Of a DNA stretch of 64,000 bases, positions 46,810-56,367 are shown piece after piece. Both the position numbers and the translations under genes were made by a program. A model generated the notes under the pieces. The model saw only the letters and a program-made list of their open reading frames with translations. It ran no database searches and had not been told where the DNA came from. This stretch comes from Armatimonadota bacterium (GTDB lineage Bacteria > Armatimonadota > Zipacnadia > Zipacnadales > VGFC01), in contig VGFC01000003.1 in assembly GCA_016869045.1 (NCBI GenBank), positions 2,170 through 66,169 of the forward strand, given 5' to 3'. The stretch's first letter is position 1. The number at the start of each line of letters is the position of its first letter.

Positions 46810-47547
46810 TCAACGCACGCCGCCGAAGCGGCGCTCGCGGTTCCGGTACCAGTCCAGGGCCTCGTGCAGGTGCGACTTCCGGAAGTCCGGCCACAAGACC
46901 GGGCAGACGTAGATCTCGGCGTAAGCGATCTGCCAGAGCAGGAAGTTGCTCACCCGCATCTCGCCGCCGGGGCGGATGAGCAGATCGACATCCGGCATCC
47001 ACGGTTGGTAGAGGCTCTCCGCGATCGAGGCTTCCGATACGTCGTCGGGCGACAGCCGACCTTGAGCGACCTGCTCCGCGATGCGACGGCAGGCATCGGC
47101 GAGTTCGCCGCGGCCGCTGTAGTTCACCGCCATGTTCAGGACGAGCCCGGTGTTGTCGGCGGTCGCCGCCCGGCCCTCGGCGATGGTCTGCTGAAGCTCC
47201 TCCGGCAGCTCACTGAGCCGTCCGGAGGCGACGAAACGCACGTTGTTCCGGTCGAGGTCCTCGATCTCTGCAGCCAAGGCAGTGCGGATCAGGAACATCA
47301 GGCCCGCCACCTCTTCCTGCGAGCGCGCCCAGTTCTCCGTGCTGAAGGTGTAGATCGTCAGGAATCCCAGGTTGAGATCGACACACTCCTCAACCAGCCG
47401 ACGCGTCGCCTTCCGCCCCTCGTAGTGCCCCTCAACGCGTGAGAGGCCGCGCTGCCGCGCCCACCGCCCGTTGCCGTCCATGACCACGGCGATGTGGCGG
47501 GGTATCGCGGACTGCTCGGGCGCGGGGGAATCGGCTTCGGGTGTCAT
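46810..47547 (-). CDS. uppS: Undecaprenyl diphosphate synthase
   Basis: HIAVVMDGNGRWA, FSTENW, RPGGEMRVSNFLLWQ, RRFGG. Confidence 0.97.
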   Translation of the reverse strand: MTPEADSPAPEQSAIPRHIAVVMDGNGRWARQRGLSRVEGHYEGRKATRRLVEECVDLNLGFLTIYTFSTENWARSQEEVAGLMFLIRTALAAEIEDLDRNNVRFVASGRLSELPEELQQTIAEGRAATADNTGLVLNMAVNYSGRGELADACRRIAEQVAQGRLSPDDVSEASIAESLYQPWMPDVDLLIRPGGEMRVSNFLLWQIAYAEIYVCPVLWPDFRKSHLHEALDWYRNRERRFGGVR

Positions 47548-47574
47548 GGTCTTCTCCGAGCACACGACCCGTCG

Positions 47575-48024
47575 TCAGCGATAGCGTAGTACCAGGAGTG
47601 GCGTCGCTCCGAGGCGCGCTGACAGCGCTTCGGCCAGCCTGTCCAGGTCAGCCTCGCACAGCGCGAGCAGGTGCCCACTGCACCCGCAATCTGACGCGCC
47701 GAGGCGCGGGACCGCACGCCGGCCCGTTCCCGTGGCAACCAGCGCCTCGGCCAGCAGGCACTCCCGGCCCTCGCGCCAGGGCCAGGCAATGGCGCCGACT
47801 GAATCGGCGCCGCGAGTCAGCGCATCGACATGCCAACGCAACGGCTTACGGCGGCGCGTGTGACGCGCCAGTCTCGCCGCGAGTCCCCGACGCGCACTCC
47901 CGACGTACCCGTAACGCCCCGCCGCCAGGCGAACCATCCCCAGTGCCCCAATGCGCCCGGCGTACTCACGGCAAAGGTCGAACACGAACAGATACACCCC
48001 GGAGGACTCCGGGGCGCCTGTCAC
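47575..48024 (-). CDS. GIY-YIG/DUF123 (Uri superfamily) endonuclease
   Basis: GVYLF, YGYVGSA, RLARH, WHVD, GASDCGCSGHL. Confidence 0.85.
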   Translation of the reverse strand: MTGAPESSGVYLFVFDLCREYAGRIGALGMVRLAAGRYGYVGSARRGLAARLARHTRRRKPLRWHVDALTRGADSVGAIAWPWREGRECLLAEALVATGTGRRAVPRLGASDCGCSGHLLALCEADLDRLAEALSARLGATPLLVLRYR

Positions 48025-48236
48025 GACTGCTCACCGTCGATGCGCGATGGGACGGGGAACGCGACGGTCAGCTCGATCCCGTCGGGCCGTTGACGCTCGC
48101 GGATCACCCGCGGCACCCCTTCCCCCCGGCCGGCGCCCGGCGGTCCCGTCACCAAGACGCCCGCCAGAACCTCTCCCGCCGCGTCGATCCGCGCCATCGC
48201 CTCCGGCAGCGCCAGCGCGACCACGCTCTCGGTCAC
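48021..48236 (-). CDS. Small hypothetical protein (71 aa)
   Basis: Fills the gap between frr and the nuclease with a GTGA overlap; no recognised motif. Confidence 0.45.
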   Translation of the reverse strand: MTESVVALALPEAMARIDAAGEVLAGVLVTGPPGAGRGEGVPRVIRERQRPDGIELTVAFPVPSRIDGEQS

Positions 48237-48237
48237 G

Positions 48238-48792
48238 CTAGACCTCCATGATCTCCTTGCGCTTGGCCTCGATGAGATGGTCGATCTTCTCGATCATCTC
48301 GGTAGTGATCTTCTGAACTTCCTTGTCGCCGGCGTGCACCTCGTCCTCGGACAGGCCGTCGCGCTTCTCCATCGCCTTGATGCCCTCGATGGCCTCCCGG
48401 CGCAGGTTGCGCATGCCCACCTTCGAGTCCTCGCCGATTCGCTCCGTGCGCTTCGCCAGGTCGGCCCGCCCCTCTTGCGTAGGCGCGGGGATCTCGATGC
48501 GGATCACGTTGCCGTCGTCCTGAGGGTTGAGGCCCAGGTCGGACGTCATGATCGCCTTCTTGATCGGCGCAATCGCCGCCTTGTCCCACGGCGTGATCGT
48601 CAGGTAGCGCGGCTCGGGCACCGCGATGGCGGCCACCTGGTTGATCGGCATCTTGTTGTCGTAGTACACGACCGTGATGCCGTCCAGCAGGGCCGGCGTG
48701 GCTCTTCCCGCGCGGATGCGAGCGAGTTCGGCCTCGGTGTGCTTGACGCGCTCAAGCATCTTGGCCTTCATCTTGGCGATCAGTCGGTCCAT
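48238..48792 (-). CDS. frr: Ribosome recycling factor
   Basis: IRAGRATPALLD, SDLGLNP, RNLRR, KRKEIMEV. Confidence 0.97.
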   Translation of the reverse strand: MDRLIAKMKAKMLERVKHTEAELARIRAGRATPALLDGITVVYYDNKMPINQVAAIAVPEPRYLTITPWDKAAIAPIKKAIMTSDLGLNPQDDGNVIRIEIPAPTQEGRADLAKRTERIGEDSKVGMRNLRREAIEGIKAMEKRDGLSEDEVHAGDKEVQKITTEMIEKIDHLIEAKRKEIMEV

Positions 48793-48816
48793 GGCAGGCC
48801 TCCTTGGCTGCGCGCG

Positions 48817-49569
48817 CTATTCGGGCGCCCCACCGTGATCGACCAAGGTCCCGATCGGTTCGCCCATCGCAGCGCGTACGATGTTCCCCGGGATCGTGAT
48901 GTTGAACACGATGATCGGCAGGTCGTTGTCCATCGCCAGCGCGATGGCCGCCGAGTCCATCACGCCGAGCCCCTCGTTCAGCACCTGCTTGTAGCTGACA
49001 TGCCTGAGGAGCTTCGCGTTCGGATTGGCCTGGGGATCCGAGTCATACACACCGTCCACGTTCGTGGCCTTCATGATGACCCGGGCGCCAATCTCAACGG
49101 CGCGCAGTACGGCCGCGGTGTCCGTGGTGAAGAACGGGTTGCCGCTGCCCGCCGCGAAAATGACGATCCGCTGCTTCTCCAGGTGGCGGATCGCGCGGCG
49201 CCGGATGAACGGCTCGGCCACCTCGCGCATCTCAATCGCCGTCTGCACCCGCGTGTCGGCCCCCTCACTCTCCAGCGCCTCCTGCAGGACCAGTGAGTTG
49301 ATCACGGTGGCGACCATGCCGACGTAGTCGGCGGTGGCGCGGTCCATGCCCTGCTGGGCGGCGGTCTTCCCGCGCCAGAAGTTGCCCGCTCCCACGACCG
49401 TCGCCACTTCCGCCCCCGCGTCGGCCACGGCCCGCACTTCGTCGGCGATCCGCCGGACCTCCGTCCAGGAGATCCCAAAGTCGCGATCCCCTGCAAACGA
49501 GCCTCCGCTCAACTTCAGCAGAATGCGCGGGTACTTCAGCCCTGTTGGGGCGGCCTCGGTCTGGCTCAC
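48817..49569 (-). CDS. pyrH: UMP kinase
   Basis: [40 protein letters not shown] overlaps tsf stop. Confidence 0.97.
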   Translation of the reverse strand: MSQTEAAPTGLKYPRILLKLSGGSFAGDRDFGISWTEVRRIADEVRAVADAGAEVATVVGAGNFWRGKTAAQQGMDRATADYVGMVATVINSLVLQEALESEGADTRVQTAIEMREVAEPFIRRRAIRHLEKQRIVIFAAGSGNPFFTTDTAAVLRAVEIGARVIMKATNVDGVYDSDPQANPNAKLLRHVSYKQVLNEGLGVMDSAAIALAMDNDLPIIVFNITIPGNIVRAAMGEPIGTLVDHGGAPE

Positions 49570-50171
49570 TCGGGCAGCTCCTCGCCCAGCGCGTAGCGTA
49601 CGAACCGTCGCACGACGACCTTCTCGCCGCACTGGCTGATCAGGTCATCCACGATGTCCTTGACCTTCTTGCTCTCGTCGCGGATGTACTCCTGCTCCAG
49701 CAGGCAGAACTCCTCGTAGAACTTCCGCATCCGGCCCTCGACCATCTTCTCCGCGATGTTCTGGGGCTTGCCCTCGGTCTTGGCCTGCTCAATGAGGACA
49801 TTGCGCTCGCGTTGCAGGTCCGCTTCCGAGACCTCTTCCTTGCTCACCCACTTCGGCTTCGCCGCCGCCACCTGCATCGCCAGCTCCTTCGCCGTCTCGC
49901 GGAACGAGTCGGTGCGCGCCACGAAATCCGTCTCGCAGTTCAGTTCCAGCATGACGCCGATCCGCCCGTCGCCGTGGATATACGCGACCACGGCCCCCTC
50001 GCTGGCGGCCCGATCCGCGCGCTTGGCGGCAACGGCGATACCCTTCTTGCGCAGGATGTCCTTGGCTTCCTCGAAGTCGCCGTTGGCTTCCTGCAGCGCC
50101 TGCTTGCAGTCCATGAAGCCGCAGCCGGTCTGCTCGCGCAGCTTCTTGACATCCGCCGGACCAATGGCCAT
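49566..50171 (-). CDS. tsf: Elongation factor Ts (short form)
   Basis: [27 protein letters not shown]. Confidence 0.97.
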   Translation of the reverse strand: MAIGPADVKKLREQTGCGFMDCKQALQEANGDFEEAKDILRKKGIAVAAKRADRAASEGAVVAYIHGDGRIGVMLELNCETDFVARTDSFRETAKELAMQVAAAKPKWVSKEEVSEADLQRERNVLIEQAKTEGKPQNIAEKMVEGRMRKFYEEFCLLEQEYIRDESKKVKDIVDDLISQCGEKVVVRRFVRYALGEELPE

Positions 50172-50209
50172 CGTCCTACTCCTTCACGGTAAGTAACCGG
50201 CGCGCCGGT

Positions 50210-51016
50210 TCACTCTTCCTCTTCCTCTTCCAGGTCCTCGAACTCGTCGTCGTAGATGTCCAGTCTCCCCGTGTCGGCGGCGACCATGCCCTCCGTCTCC
50301 GCCTCCAGCCGCGCCTCCACCAGCTTCTGCTGGTACATTCCCCGGCCTTCCTGAGCGGCATCGGCGATCTTGTTCGTGATCAGCCGGATTGCCCGGATGG
50401 CGTCATCGTTGCCGGGGATCGGGAAGGTCACCTCATCCGGGTCGCAGTTCGTGTCCAGGATCGCGACGGTCGGGATCCCGAGCTTGGTGCATTCCTTGAC
50501 GCAGATGTGCTCCTTCTTCAGATCGACGATGTAGGCGATCGCCGGCGTCCGGACGAGACCCTTGATCCCGCCGAAGTACAGCTCGAGCTTGTCACGCTCC
50601 TCCCGGAACCGCGCCGCTTCCTTCTTCGTGAACCGCGCCAGCACGCCCATCTCTTCCATCTGGTAGAGGTCATGCAGGCGACGGACGCGGCTGCGCATCG
50701 TCTCGTAGTTGGTGAGCATGCCGCCCAGCCAGCGCTGGTTGACGTAGAACTGCCCACAGCGGTCGGCGGCCTGCTGGATCGACTCCTGCGCCTGACGCTT
50801 CGTCCCGACGAACAGAACCGAGCCGCCGCCCGCCACGATGTCGCGGACGGCGTTGTACGCCTGCTCCAGCCGCCGCAGGCTCTGGTGCAAATCGACGATG
50901 TAGATCCCATCGCGCTCCCCATAGATGTACCGCTTCATCTTGGGGTTCCAGCGACGGGTCTGGTGCCCGAAATGGACACCCGCTTCCAGCAACTCCTTCA
51001 TCGACACCAACGCCAT
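50210..51016 (-). CDS. rpsB: 30S ribosomal protein S2
   Basis: [41 protein letters not shown]. Confidence 0.98.
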   Translation of the reverse strand: MALVSMKELLEAGVHFGHQTRRWNPKMKRYIYGERDGIYIVDLHQSLRRLEQAYNAVRDIVAGGGSVLFVGTKRQAQESIQQAADRCGQFYVNQRWLGGMLTNYETMRSRVRRLHDLYQMEEMGVLARFTKKEAARFREERDKLELYFGGIKGLVRTPAIAYIVDLKKEHICVKECTKLGIPTVAILDTNCDPDEVTFPIPGNDDAIRAIRLITNKIADAAQEGRGMYQQKLVEARLEAETEGMVAADTGRLDIYDDEFEDLEEEEEE

Positions 51017-51250
51017 GGTTCGGCCTCCTGGCCGCGCTGCCACCCTCCGGGCGACAGCGCATGTCCGTTCCCGCTTGGCTCGACGAGCCAGTCGAGTCAG
51101 CGCTCGCGAGGCGTGCGGCGGCCGCGCCGCCGAGCGGGACCGTACATTGGGATGGTGATGCGTGGACGCGCGCAAGACCCCGCCGGCCCGAAGCCGCAGC
51201 GGGCCGGGAGAGGGTCCCCGCCAAGCGCCCAACGCTCTCTGCTGCGCCTC
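51017..51250 (-). promoter_or_regulatory. Long structured rpsB 5' leader (possible S2 autoregulatory element)
   Basis: About 240 nt between promoter and start with GC hairpins and CGGAGG; S2 autoregulation is known in other phyla. Confidence 0.35.
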
Positions 51251-51265
51251 AGCGCAGCGGGCCAG

Positions 51266-51294
51266 AACCTACCACATTACCACGAGGGCGTCAA
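51266..51294 (-). promoter_or_regulatory. Sigma70 promoter of the rpsB-tsf operon
   Basis: TTGACG-17 nt-TAGGTT with extended -10 TG. Confidence 0.6.
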
Positions 51295-51391
51295 GCCACG
51301 GAAGAGCCGTGGGTTACGTTGCCGCGATTGTGCAAGCCGTTGCCGTTGGGCGGGGTGGCAACGAGGGTGGCGTGCCCGTACTTCTGAGGGC

Positions 51392-52270
51392 CTACGCCAC
51401 GACCTTATTGAGCGGGATCTCGATGATGCCCTCGGCGCCGCGCCGCTTCAGTTCGGGGATGAGGTCGCGGAGCGTGTGCTGGTCCACGACCGTCTCGACG
51501 GCGTGCCAGATCTCGTCGGAGAGGTGCGAGATCGTCGGCTTCTTCAGCGCCGGCAGCGCATCGACGACGGCCAGCACGTCATCCTTGTGGACGTTCATCT
51601 TCAGCAAGACCTTCTGCCGCGCGGCGAGGGCGCCGGTCAGCAGCAGGGCGATGTTCTCCAGCTTCGAGCGCTTCCAGCGGTCGGCCCAGGCCGCCTGGTT
51701 CGCGATGAGGCGCGTGCTCGATTCCATCAGCGTATCGACGATTCGCAGGTTGTTCGCGCGGAGGGTGCTGCCGGTCTCGGTCCCCTCGATGATGGCGTCC
51801 ACCAGGTCCGGTATCTTCGCCTCGGTCGCGCCCCACGAGAACTCGACATGCGCGGTCACACCGTGCTTCTCCAGGTACTTCGCAGCGACGTTGACCAGCT
51901 CCGTGGCGATGCGCTTGCCCTGCAGGTCCTTTGCGCAGTGGATGTCGCTGTCCTCGTGGACCGCGAGGACCCAGCGGTACATCCCCAGGCCCTGCTTGGC
52001 GTAGACGAGATTCGCCACCTCGACAACATCGGCGCCGCGCTCCAGAATCCAGTCGAGCCCGGTGATCCCCGCATCGAGCACCCCGTCGGCGACATACGAC
52101 GGCATCTCCTGAGCGCGGAGCAACACCGCGGTGATCTCCGGATCATCGACGCTCGGGAAGTACGCCCGCGCGCCGACGCTGAACCGCCAACCCGCGTGCT
52201 CGAACAGCTCCAGCGTCGCCTGCTGCAGACTGCCCTTCGGAAGACCGATTCTCAGTTGCTGATCAGCCAA
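51392..52270 (-). CDS. hisG: ATP phosphoribosyltransferase (long form)
   Basis: [34 protein letters not shown]-terminal PTIS..GAEGI. Confidence 0.96.
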   Translation of the reverse strand: MADQQLRIGLPKGSLQQATLELFEHAGWRFSVGARAYFPSVDDPEITAVLLRAQEMPSYVADGVLDAGITGLDWILERGADVVEVANLVYAKQGLGMYRWVLAVHEDSDIHCAKDLQGKRIATELVNVAAKYLEKHGVTAHVEFSWGATEAKIPDLVDAIIEGTETGSTLRANNLRIVDTLMESSTRLIANQAAWADRWKRSKLENIALLLTGALAARQKVLLKMNVHKDDVLAVVDALPALKKPTISHLSDEIWHAVETVVDQHTLRDLIPELKRRGAEGIIEIPLNKVVA

Positions 52271-52308
52271 CGTGATTCTCTCCCCAGGAGCGTGTGCGAA
52301 GAGCGTGG

Positions 52309-52568
52309 GCGGGCGCCATGAATGGCGCCCCTACGCGATCGGGCGCGATGAGGATTGTGTTGGGAAAGGGCCCCGTCAAAGGAAGAACCCTCTCCTACGC
52401 GCTCTACGTGGCTCGTAGGTCGGGATACCAATCCCGACAATGCGTTTATCAACACAATCTGAACCGCGCTCCTACATCACATAGAGCGGTGCATCGCCGT
52501 CATGTAGGGGCACGATTCATCGTGCCCCAGTGTAGGGGCGTGATTCATCACGCCCCATGCCGTGCTTC
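52309..52568. repeat. Inverted second copy of the four-REP cluster, interrupted by an insertion
   Basis: Matches the reverse complement of 31333-31478, including linkers gccgtcat and gccgtgctt. Confidence 0.85.
52352..52460. mobile_element. Candidate 109-bp MITE
   Basis: Terminal inverted repeats ggattgtgttg/caacacaatct with a (T)GA duplication; splits a REP palindrome. Confidence 0.7.
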
Positions 52569-52586
52569 TCGTACGCCCCCAAGGCT

Positions 52587-52913
52587 TCACCATTCGACCT
52601 CGTTCCGGATCGGGCGCGTCTGGGACACCAGCCAGTAGAACGCGACCGCGAGTGGGAGCCCCACGAGCAGGCCAACCCACCATAGGTGCGTCACGTGCGC
52701 CACGATGTTGCCCGGCACATAGGCCAGCATCCCGCACCCAACGAACCGCATCGTCCAGGCGGGCGACGGCCGGTTGACGGGCGGGATGGGAAGCAGGCCC
52801 GTCGCCTGCCCAACGACCTCGGGCCGGAGGATCAGGTAGGCGGCAGCGGCGAACCACCCCGCCCAGAAGAGCAGCACCCAGGCCCATTGGGCTGCAGAAC
52901 CGTCTGCTTCCAT
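52587..52913 (-). CDS. Small membrane protein (about 3 TM)
   Basis: 108 aa with hydrophobic segments, starts 4 nt after the LysE stop. Confidence 0.6.
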   Translation of the reverse strand: MEADGSAAQWAWVLLFWAGWFAAAAYLILRPEVVGQATGLLPIPPVNRPSPAWTMRFVGCGMLAYVPGNIVAHVTHLWWVGLLVGLPLAVAFYWLVSQTRPIRNEVEW

Positions 52914-52916
52914 GGC

Positions 52917-53585
52917 CTACGCGACCTCCGCCGGCTGCCGCGCCGCCCGTAGTCGTCTGACGCCCGCATAGATAAAGTAGCAGCCCAGCGCGAGGAGTGC
53001 AAGCCCGCAGATCGAGATGAGCGCCTGGTGGCCGGTCACGCCGAGGAGGTTGCGGCCTCGGCCGACGGCATACGCGACAAGCGCGTACCAGAGGAAGTCG
53101 GACGAGACGTGCCCCGTGTAGAACGTGGTCCAGGCGATCGGCGAGCGACTGCCGACCGTCGCGATCTGGCCGGCACCCACCGTCGCCCACCAGATCGCGA
53201 AGTAGGGGTTGGCGAGGCTCGCGCCTGCTCCCGATAGGGCCACGCCCAGCAGGCTTGGCGGCTCTGGTGAGCCGCCCCACGCCGCGGCGGCCACGGCGGC
53301 AGCCGACCGCAACATGTCGGCGCCCGCCAGGATCAGCGCCAGCCCGCCGACGAACCCGATGCCCGCGAGGACCTTCGGCTTCTGCACGAAGGCCCCGATC
53401 CCGAACATCAGCATCAGCACGACGGGTATCTCGACCGCCGCGTGCCCCAGGATCGCGACGATCCCCGCCAGCGTCCCATGTCTGGCCGCCGCGCCGATGA
53501 CGAGTGCAAGCACGGGGCCCGGCATCAGGGCCCCGCTCAGTCCCGTCACGAACGCCATGCCGAACAGGCCAACCAGCCGGCACAT
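52917..53585 (-). CDS. LysE-family transporter
   Basis: GLSGALMPGP, GHAAVE, NPYFAIWWATVG, GHVSSDFLWY. Confidence 0.9.
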   Translation of the reverse strand: MCRLVGLFGMAFVTGLSGALMPGPVLALVIGAAARHGTLAGIVAILGHAAVEIPVVLMLMFGIGAFVQKPKVLAGIGFVGGLALILAGADMLRSAAAVAAAAWGGSPEPPSLLGVALSGAGASLANPYFAIWWATVGAGQIATVGSRSPIAWTTFYTGHVSSDFLWYALVAYAVGRGRNLLGVTGHQALISICGLALLALGCYFIYAGVRRLRAARQPAEVA

Positions 53586-53600
53586 CGGTACGGCCCTCTT

Positions 53601-53666
53601 ACAGGATATGCAGGATGGGCAGGATGACTGCCTCCGCCGTCATCCTCCCCATCCTGCATATCCTGT
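53601..53666. repeat. 28-bp inverted repeat built from CAGGAT units
   Basis: acaggatatgcaggatgggcaggatgac-N10-gtcatcctccccatcctgcatatcctgt (1 mismatch). Confidence 0.8.
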
Positions 53667-53678
53667 TACCTTACCGCC

Positions 53679-54998
53679 TTACGCCTTCGTTGCCGCCTTC
53701 ATCGCGGCTTCGAGGATGTCGAGCCCCTCGCGCATCTGCTCGGCGGTGATGACCAGCGGCGGCGCGATTCGGATGACGTTACCGTACATCCCAATCGGCG
53801 CGATGAGACACAGGCCGCGCAGGTACGCCTCGTGGACGATCCGCTTGGTCAACGCCTTGTCCGGCGCCTTGGTCTTGCGGTCGGCGACCATCTCGATCCC
53901 GAACACGAGGCCCTGCCCGCGCACATCGCCGATCTGCTTGATCCGCTTCTGCATCTTCGCGAAGCGCTCGCCCATCTGCGCACCGAGGTCGGCTGCGTGT
54001 TCGTGGAGGCGCTCCCGCTCAATGATGTCAATGGCGGCAAGGGCCGCGCGGCAGGACATCGGGTTGCCGCCGTTGGTGCTGGACAGCTCGCCGGGCTGCA
54101 GCACATCCATGATCTCATGCCGCCCGAGCACCGCCGCGCACGGGATGCCGCTCCCCAGGCCCTTCGCGAGGCACACGAGGTCGGGCTCGATCCCGTAGTG
54201 CTCCATCGCGAACATCTTCCCCGTGCGCCCGAATGATGACTGCACCTCATCGAGGATGAAGTACAGCCCCTTCGCCTTCGCCCAGGCGAACAGCTTCTCC
54301 ATGTACCCCGGCGGCGGGATGATCGAGCCCGCGCCGCCCTGGTAGGGTTCCGTGATCACCGCGCACAGCGCCCCGTCGGACTCCTTGCTGATGACCCAGT
54401 CGAGGTGATCGAGGCACCACAGCCCGCAGCTCGGGTAGTCCTTGTCGAACACGCAGCGGTAGCAGTAGCAGAACGGCGCGTGGATGATCCCGGGCAGCAG
54501 CGGCCCGAAGCCCTTCTTCACTCCCGCCGACCCGCCGAAGCTCATCGCCCCGAACGTCCGCCCGTGGAACGCGCCGTGGAACGCGAGGACCTCGTAGCCC
54601 CCGTGCGCCCGGCGGGCCATCTTCACTGCCGCCTCGGTCGCCTCCGAGCCAGTCGTCAGCAGGAAGCACTTGTCCAAGTGGGGCGGCGTCATCGCCACGA
54701 GCTTCTCGGCCAACGCCACGCGCTCCGCCGTCGGGAAGTCATAGCAGTTGTAGAGCCGCTCGGCCTGGTCCTGCACCGCCGCCACGTACTCAGGATGGCA
54801 GTGCCCGATGTTCGTCACCAGCACCCCGCTGGAGAAGTCCAGGAACACGTTCCCATCCACATCCCCGATCTCACACCCATGCGCCTTCGCCCACACCAGC
54901 GGCGCCTGGTCGCTCATCGAGTTGGGCTCGAAGGCCTTGGACTGCTTGAGGAGTGCCCGCGCCTTCGGGCCGGGCAGCTTCGTCCTGATGTTCGGCAT
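53679..54998 (-). CDS. Class III PLP aminotransferase (GabT-like)
   Basis: DVDGNVFLDF, TGSEATE, FHGRT, DEVQSSFGRTG, LAKGLG, GGNP. Confidence 0.93.
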   Translation of the reverse strand: MPNIRTKLPGPKARALLKQSKAFEPNSMSDQAPLVWAKAHGCEIGDVDGNVFLDFSSGVLVTNIGHCHPEYVAAVQDQAERLYNCYDFPTAERVALAEKLVAMTPPHLDKCFLLTTGSEATEAAVKMARRAHGGYEVLAFHGAFHGRTFGAMSFGGSAGVKKGFGPLLPGIIHAPFCYCYRCVFDKDYPSCGLWCLDHLDWVISKESDGALCAVITEPYQGGAGSIIPPPGYMEKLFAWAKAKGLYFILDEVQSSFGRTGKMFAMEHYGIEPDLVCLAKGLGSGIPCAAVLGRHEIMDVLQPGELSSTNGGNPMSCRAALAAIDIIERERLHEHAADLGAQMGERFAKMQKRIKQIGDVRGQGLVFGIEMVADRKTKAPDKALTKRIVHEAYLRGLCLIAPIGMYGNVIRIAPPLVITAEQMREGLDILEAAMKAATKA

Positions 54999-55012
54999 TG
55001 CGCGATACCTCG

Positions 55013-55055
55013 GGAGTTCAGGAGATCAGGAGTTCCGGAGCTGCGGAGTTCAGGA
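55013..55055. repeat. Tandem 8-mer repeat (GGAGTTCA-like x5)
   Basis: ggagttca ggagatca ggagttcc ggagctgc ggagttca gga. Confidence 0.7.
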
Positions 55056-55074
55056 TAACGGCGACGCCTTCGCC

Positions 55075-55202
55075 GTAGGAGCGCGGACGCCCTCGTCCGC
55101 TGCTGTGGCGGGAGGTGAGTCGTTGGTGTACGGCACGGCAACCGCCACCACCTCGAAGCCACCACCAACCAATCCAGCGGACGAGGGCGTCCGCGCTCCC
55201 AC
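55075..55202. repeat. REP doublet (REPIN-like)
   Basis: gtaggagcgcggacgccctcgtccgctg ... cagcggacgagggcgtccgcgctcccac in inverted orientation. Confidence 0.8.
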
Positions 55203-55224
55203 ACAACGACAACGACGTGCCGTC

Positions 55225-55806
55225 CTACGACGAATGCGCTCTCGTGTAGATGACGCCCCACCACTTACGCGTCTGCTCGCTCAGGCTGGCCAGCCCGAGC
55301 GTCAGTTGACGCAGCTCCTCCCAGTCCTGGCGGGTCAGCCCAGGCGGGATGAGGATGCGGCCACCGTCAGACCGCACGTCCAGCCGACCGAAGGGCGCGG
55401 TGACCCCCGAGAGTGGCGCCACCACCCGGAGTTCCCGGACCTCGGTCCAGAAGGCGCGGTGCTGCCGACCCCGTCCGTCCGTGAATGCCAGGCCGACGCG
55501 GCTCACAAGCACAAACCCTCGGCGTAGGAGGTGAAGCGTATCGACGAAGTTGCGGACGGCGGTGGCCGCAATGGCCAGCCAGATCAGGATCAGGGCCCCC
55601 AGGGCCAAGTCCCACCAGAGGTTCCCGAACGGCACCGGCGAGCCCGCCAAGGCTTGTGTCTGCACCACGAGCCAGCCCCAGAAGCCGATGTTGAAGGCGG
55701 CCGCGAGGACGCCGATGGGGAAGCGCCACAGCTGCCGGCGCAAGCCCGCGAACGTGAACTCGCGGTCAGGCCCCAAGTCGGCGAGACTCCCAGCCCAGGC
55801 GCTCAT
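55225..55806 (-). CDS. Membrane protein with PH-like C-terminal domain
   Basis: Two TM segments then GLAFTDGRGRQHRAFWTEV; ATGA overlap with the upstream paralog. Confidence 0.6.
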   Translation of the reverse strand: MSAWAGSLADLGPDREFTFAGLRRQLWRFPIGVLAAAFNIGFWGWLVVQTQALAGSPVPFGNLWWDLALGALILIWLAIAATAVRNFVDTLHLLRRGFVLVSRVGLAFTDGRGRQHRAFWTEVRELRVVAPLSGVTAPFGRLDVRSDGGRILIPPGLTRQDWEELRQLTLGLASLSEQTRKWWGVIYTRAHSS

Positions 55807-56354
55807 CCTGTCGGCCTCGTGTACAGCGTGCCCCACCGCCTGGGCCTCTGCTCGGTTAGCCCGGAGTGTTGGACGATAGCGGCGATCAGGTGTCGCTTGT
55901 CCTGGACAGAGCCGTCGATCACGACCCGACGCTTGCCGCTGCGCAACTCGAATACCGCGTCGCACGCCAGCCGATCCTTGTCCAGGCCGGTGTACAACCC
56001 GTCGATCTCGGGCCAGAACAGGCGCTCCTGGCGACCGCGCCAGTCGCAGGCAAGAACCCCCACCCGAGTCAGCACGACACGCCCACGGCGGAGCAGCAGC
56101 ACACCGCGGACGAGGGCGTACCCCGAGACGGTTCCCCAGAGGGCAAGCACCAGCCCGATGCCCATCAGCGCGCAGGCGACCGCGGGCCCAGGCGGCACCC
56201 CTCCGGTCCCCCAGACACGCGCCAGTAGCACGGTCGCGGGGAGCACAAGCACCGGCACAGCCGCCGCCAGGGACACGAGGCCAAGGAGCCCGTTCAGGAA
56301 CGGTGACCAGTGGTCCACCTGGAACCGTAACTCGCGATCCCCTCCCAGCTCCAT
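55803..56354 (-). CDS. Membrane protein with PH-like domain, paralog of 55225..55806
   Basis: GGAGG RBS; LLRRGRVVLTRVGVLACDWRGRQERLFWPEI. Confidence 0.6.
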   Translation of the reverse strand: MELGGDRELRFQVDHWSPFLNGLLGLVSLAAAVPVLVLPATVLLARVWGTGGVPPGPAVACALMGIGLVLALWGTVSGYALVRGVLLLRRGRVVLTRVGVLACDWRGRQERLFWPEIDGLYTGLDKDRLACDAVFELRSGKRRVVIDGSVQDKRHLIAAIVQHSGLTEQRPRRWGTLYTRPTG

Positions 56355-56367
56355 AGTCCGGCCTCCT

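Noticed and set aside
49490..49520. pyrH KLSGGSF instead of the usual KLSGEAL
   Set aside because: All other UMP kinase motifs and the synteny are intact, so this is likely ordinary divergence.
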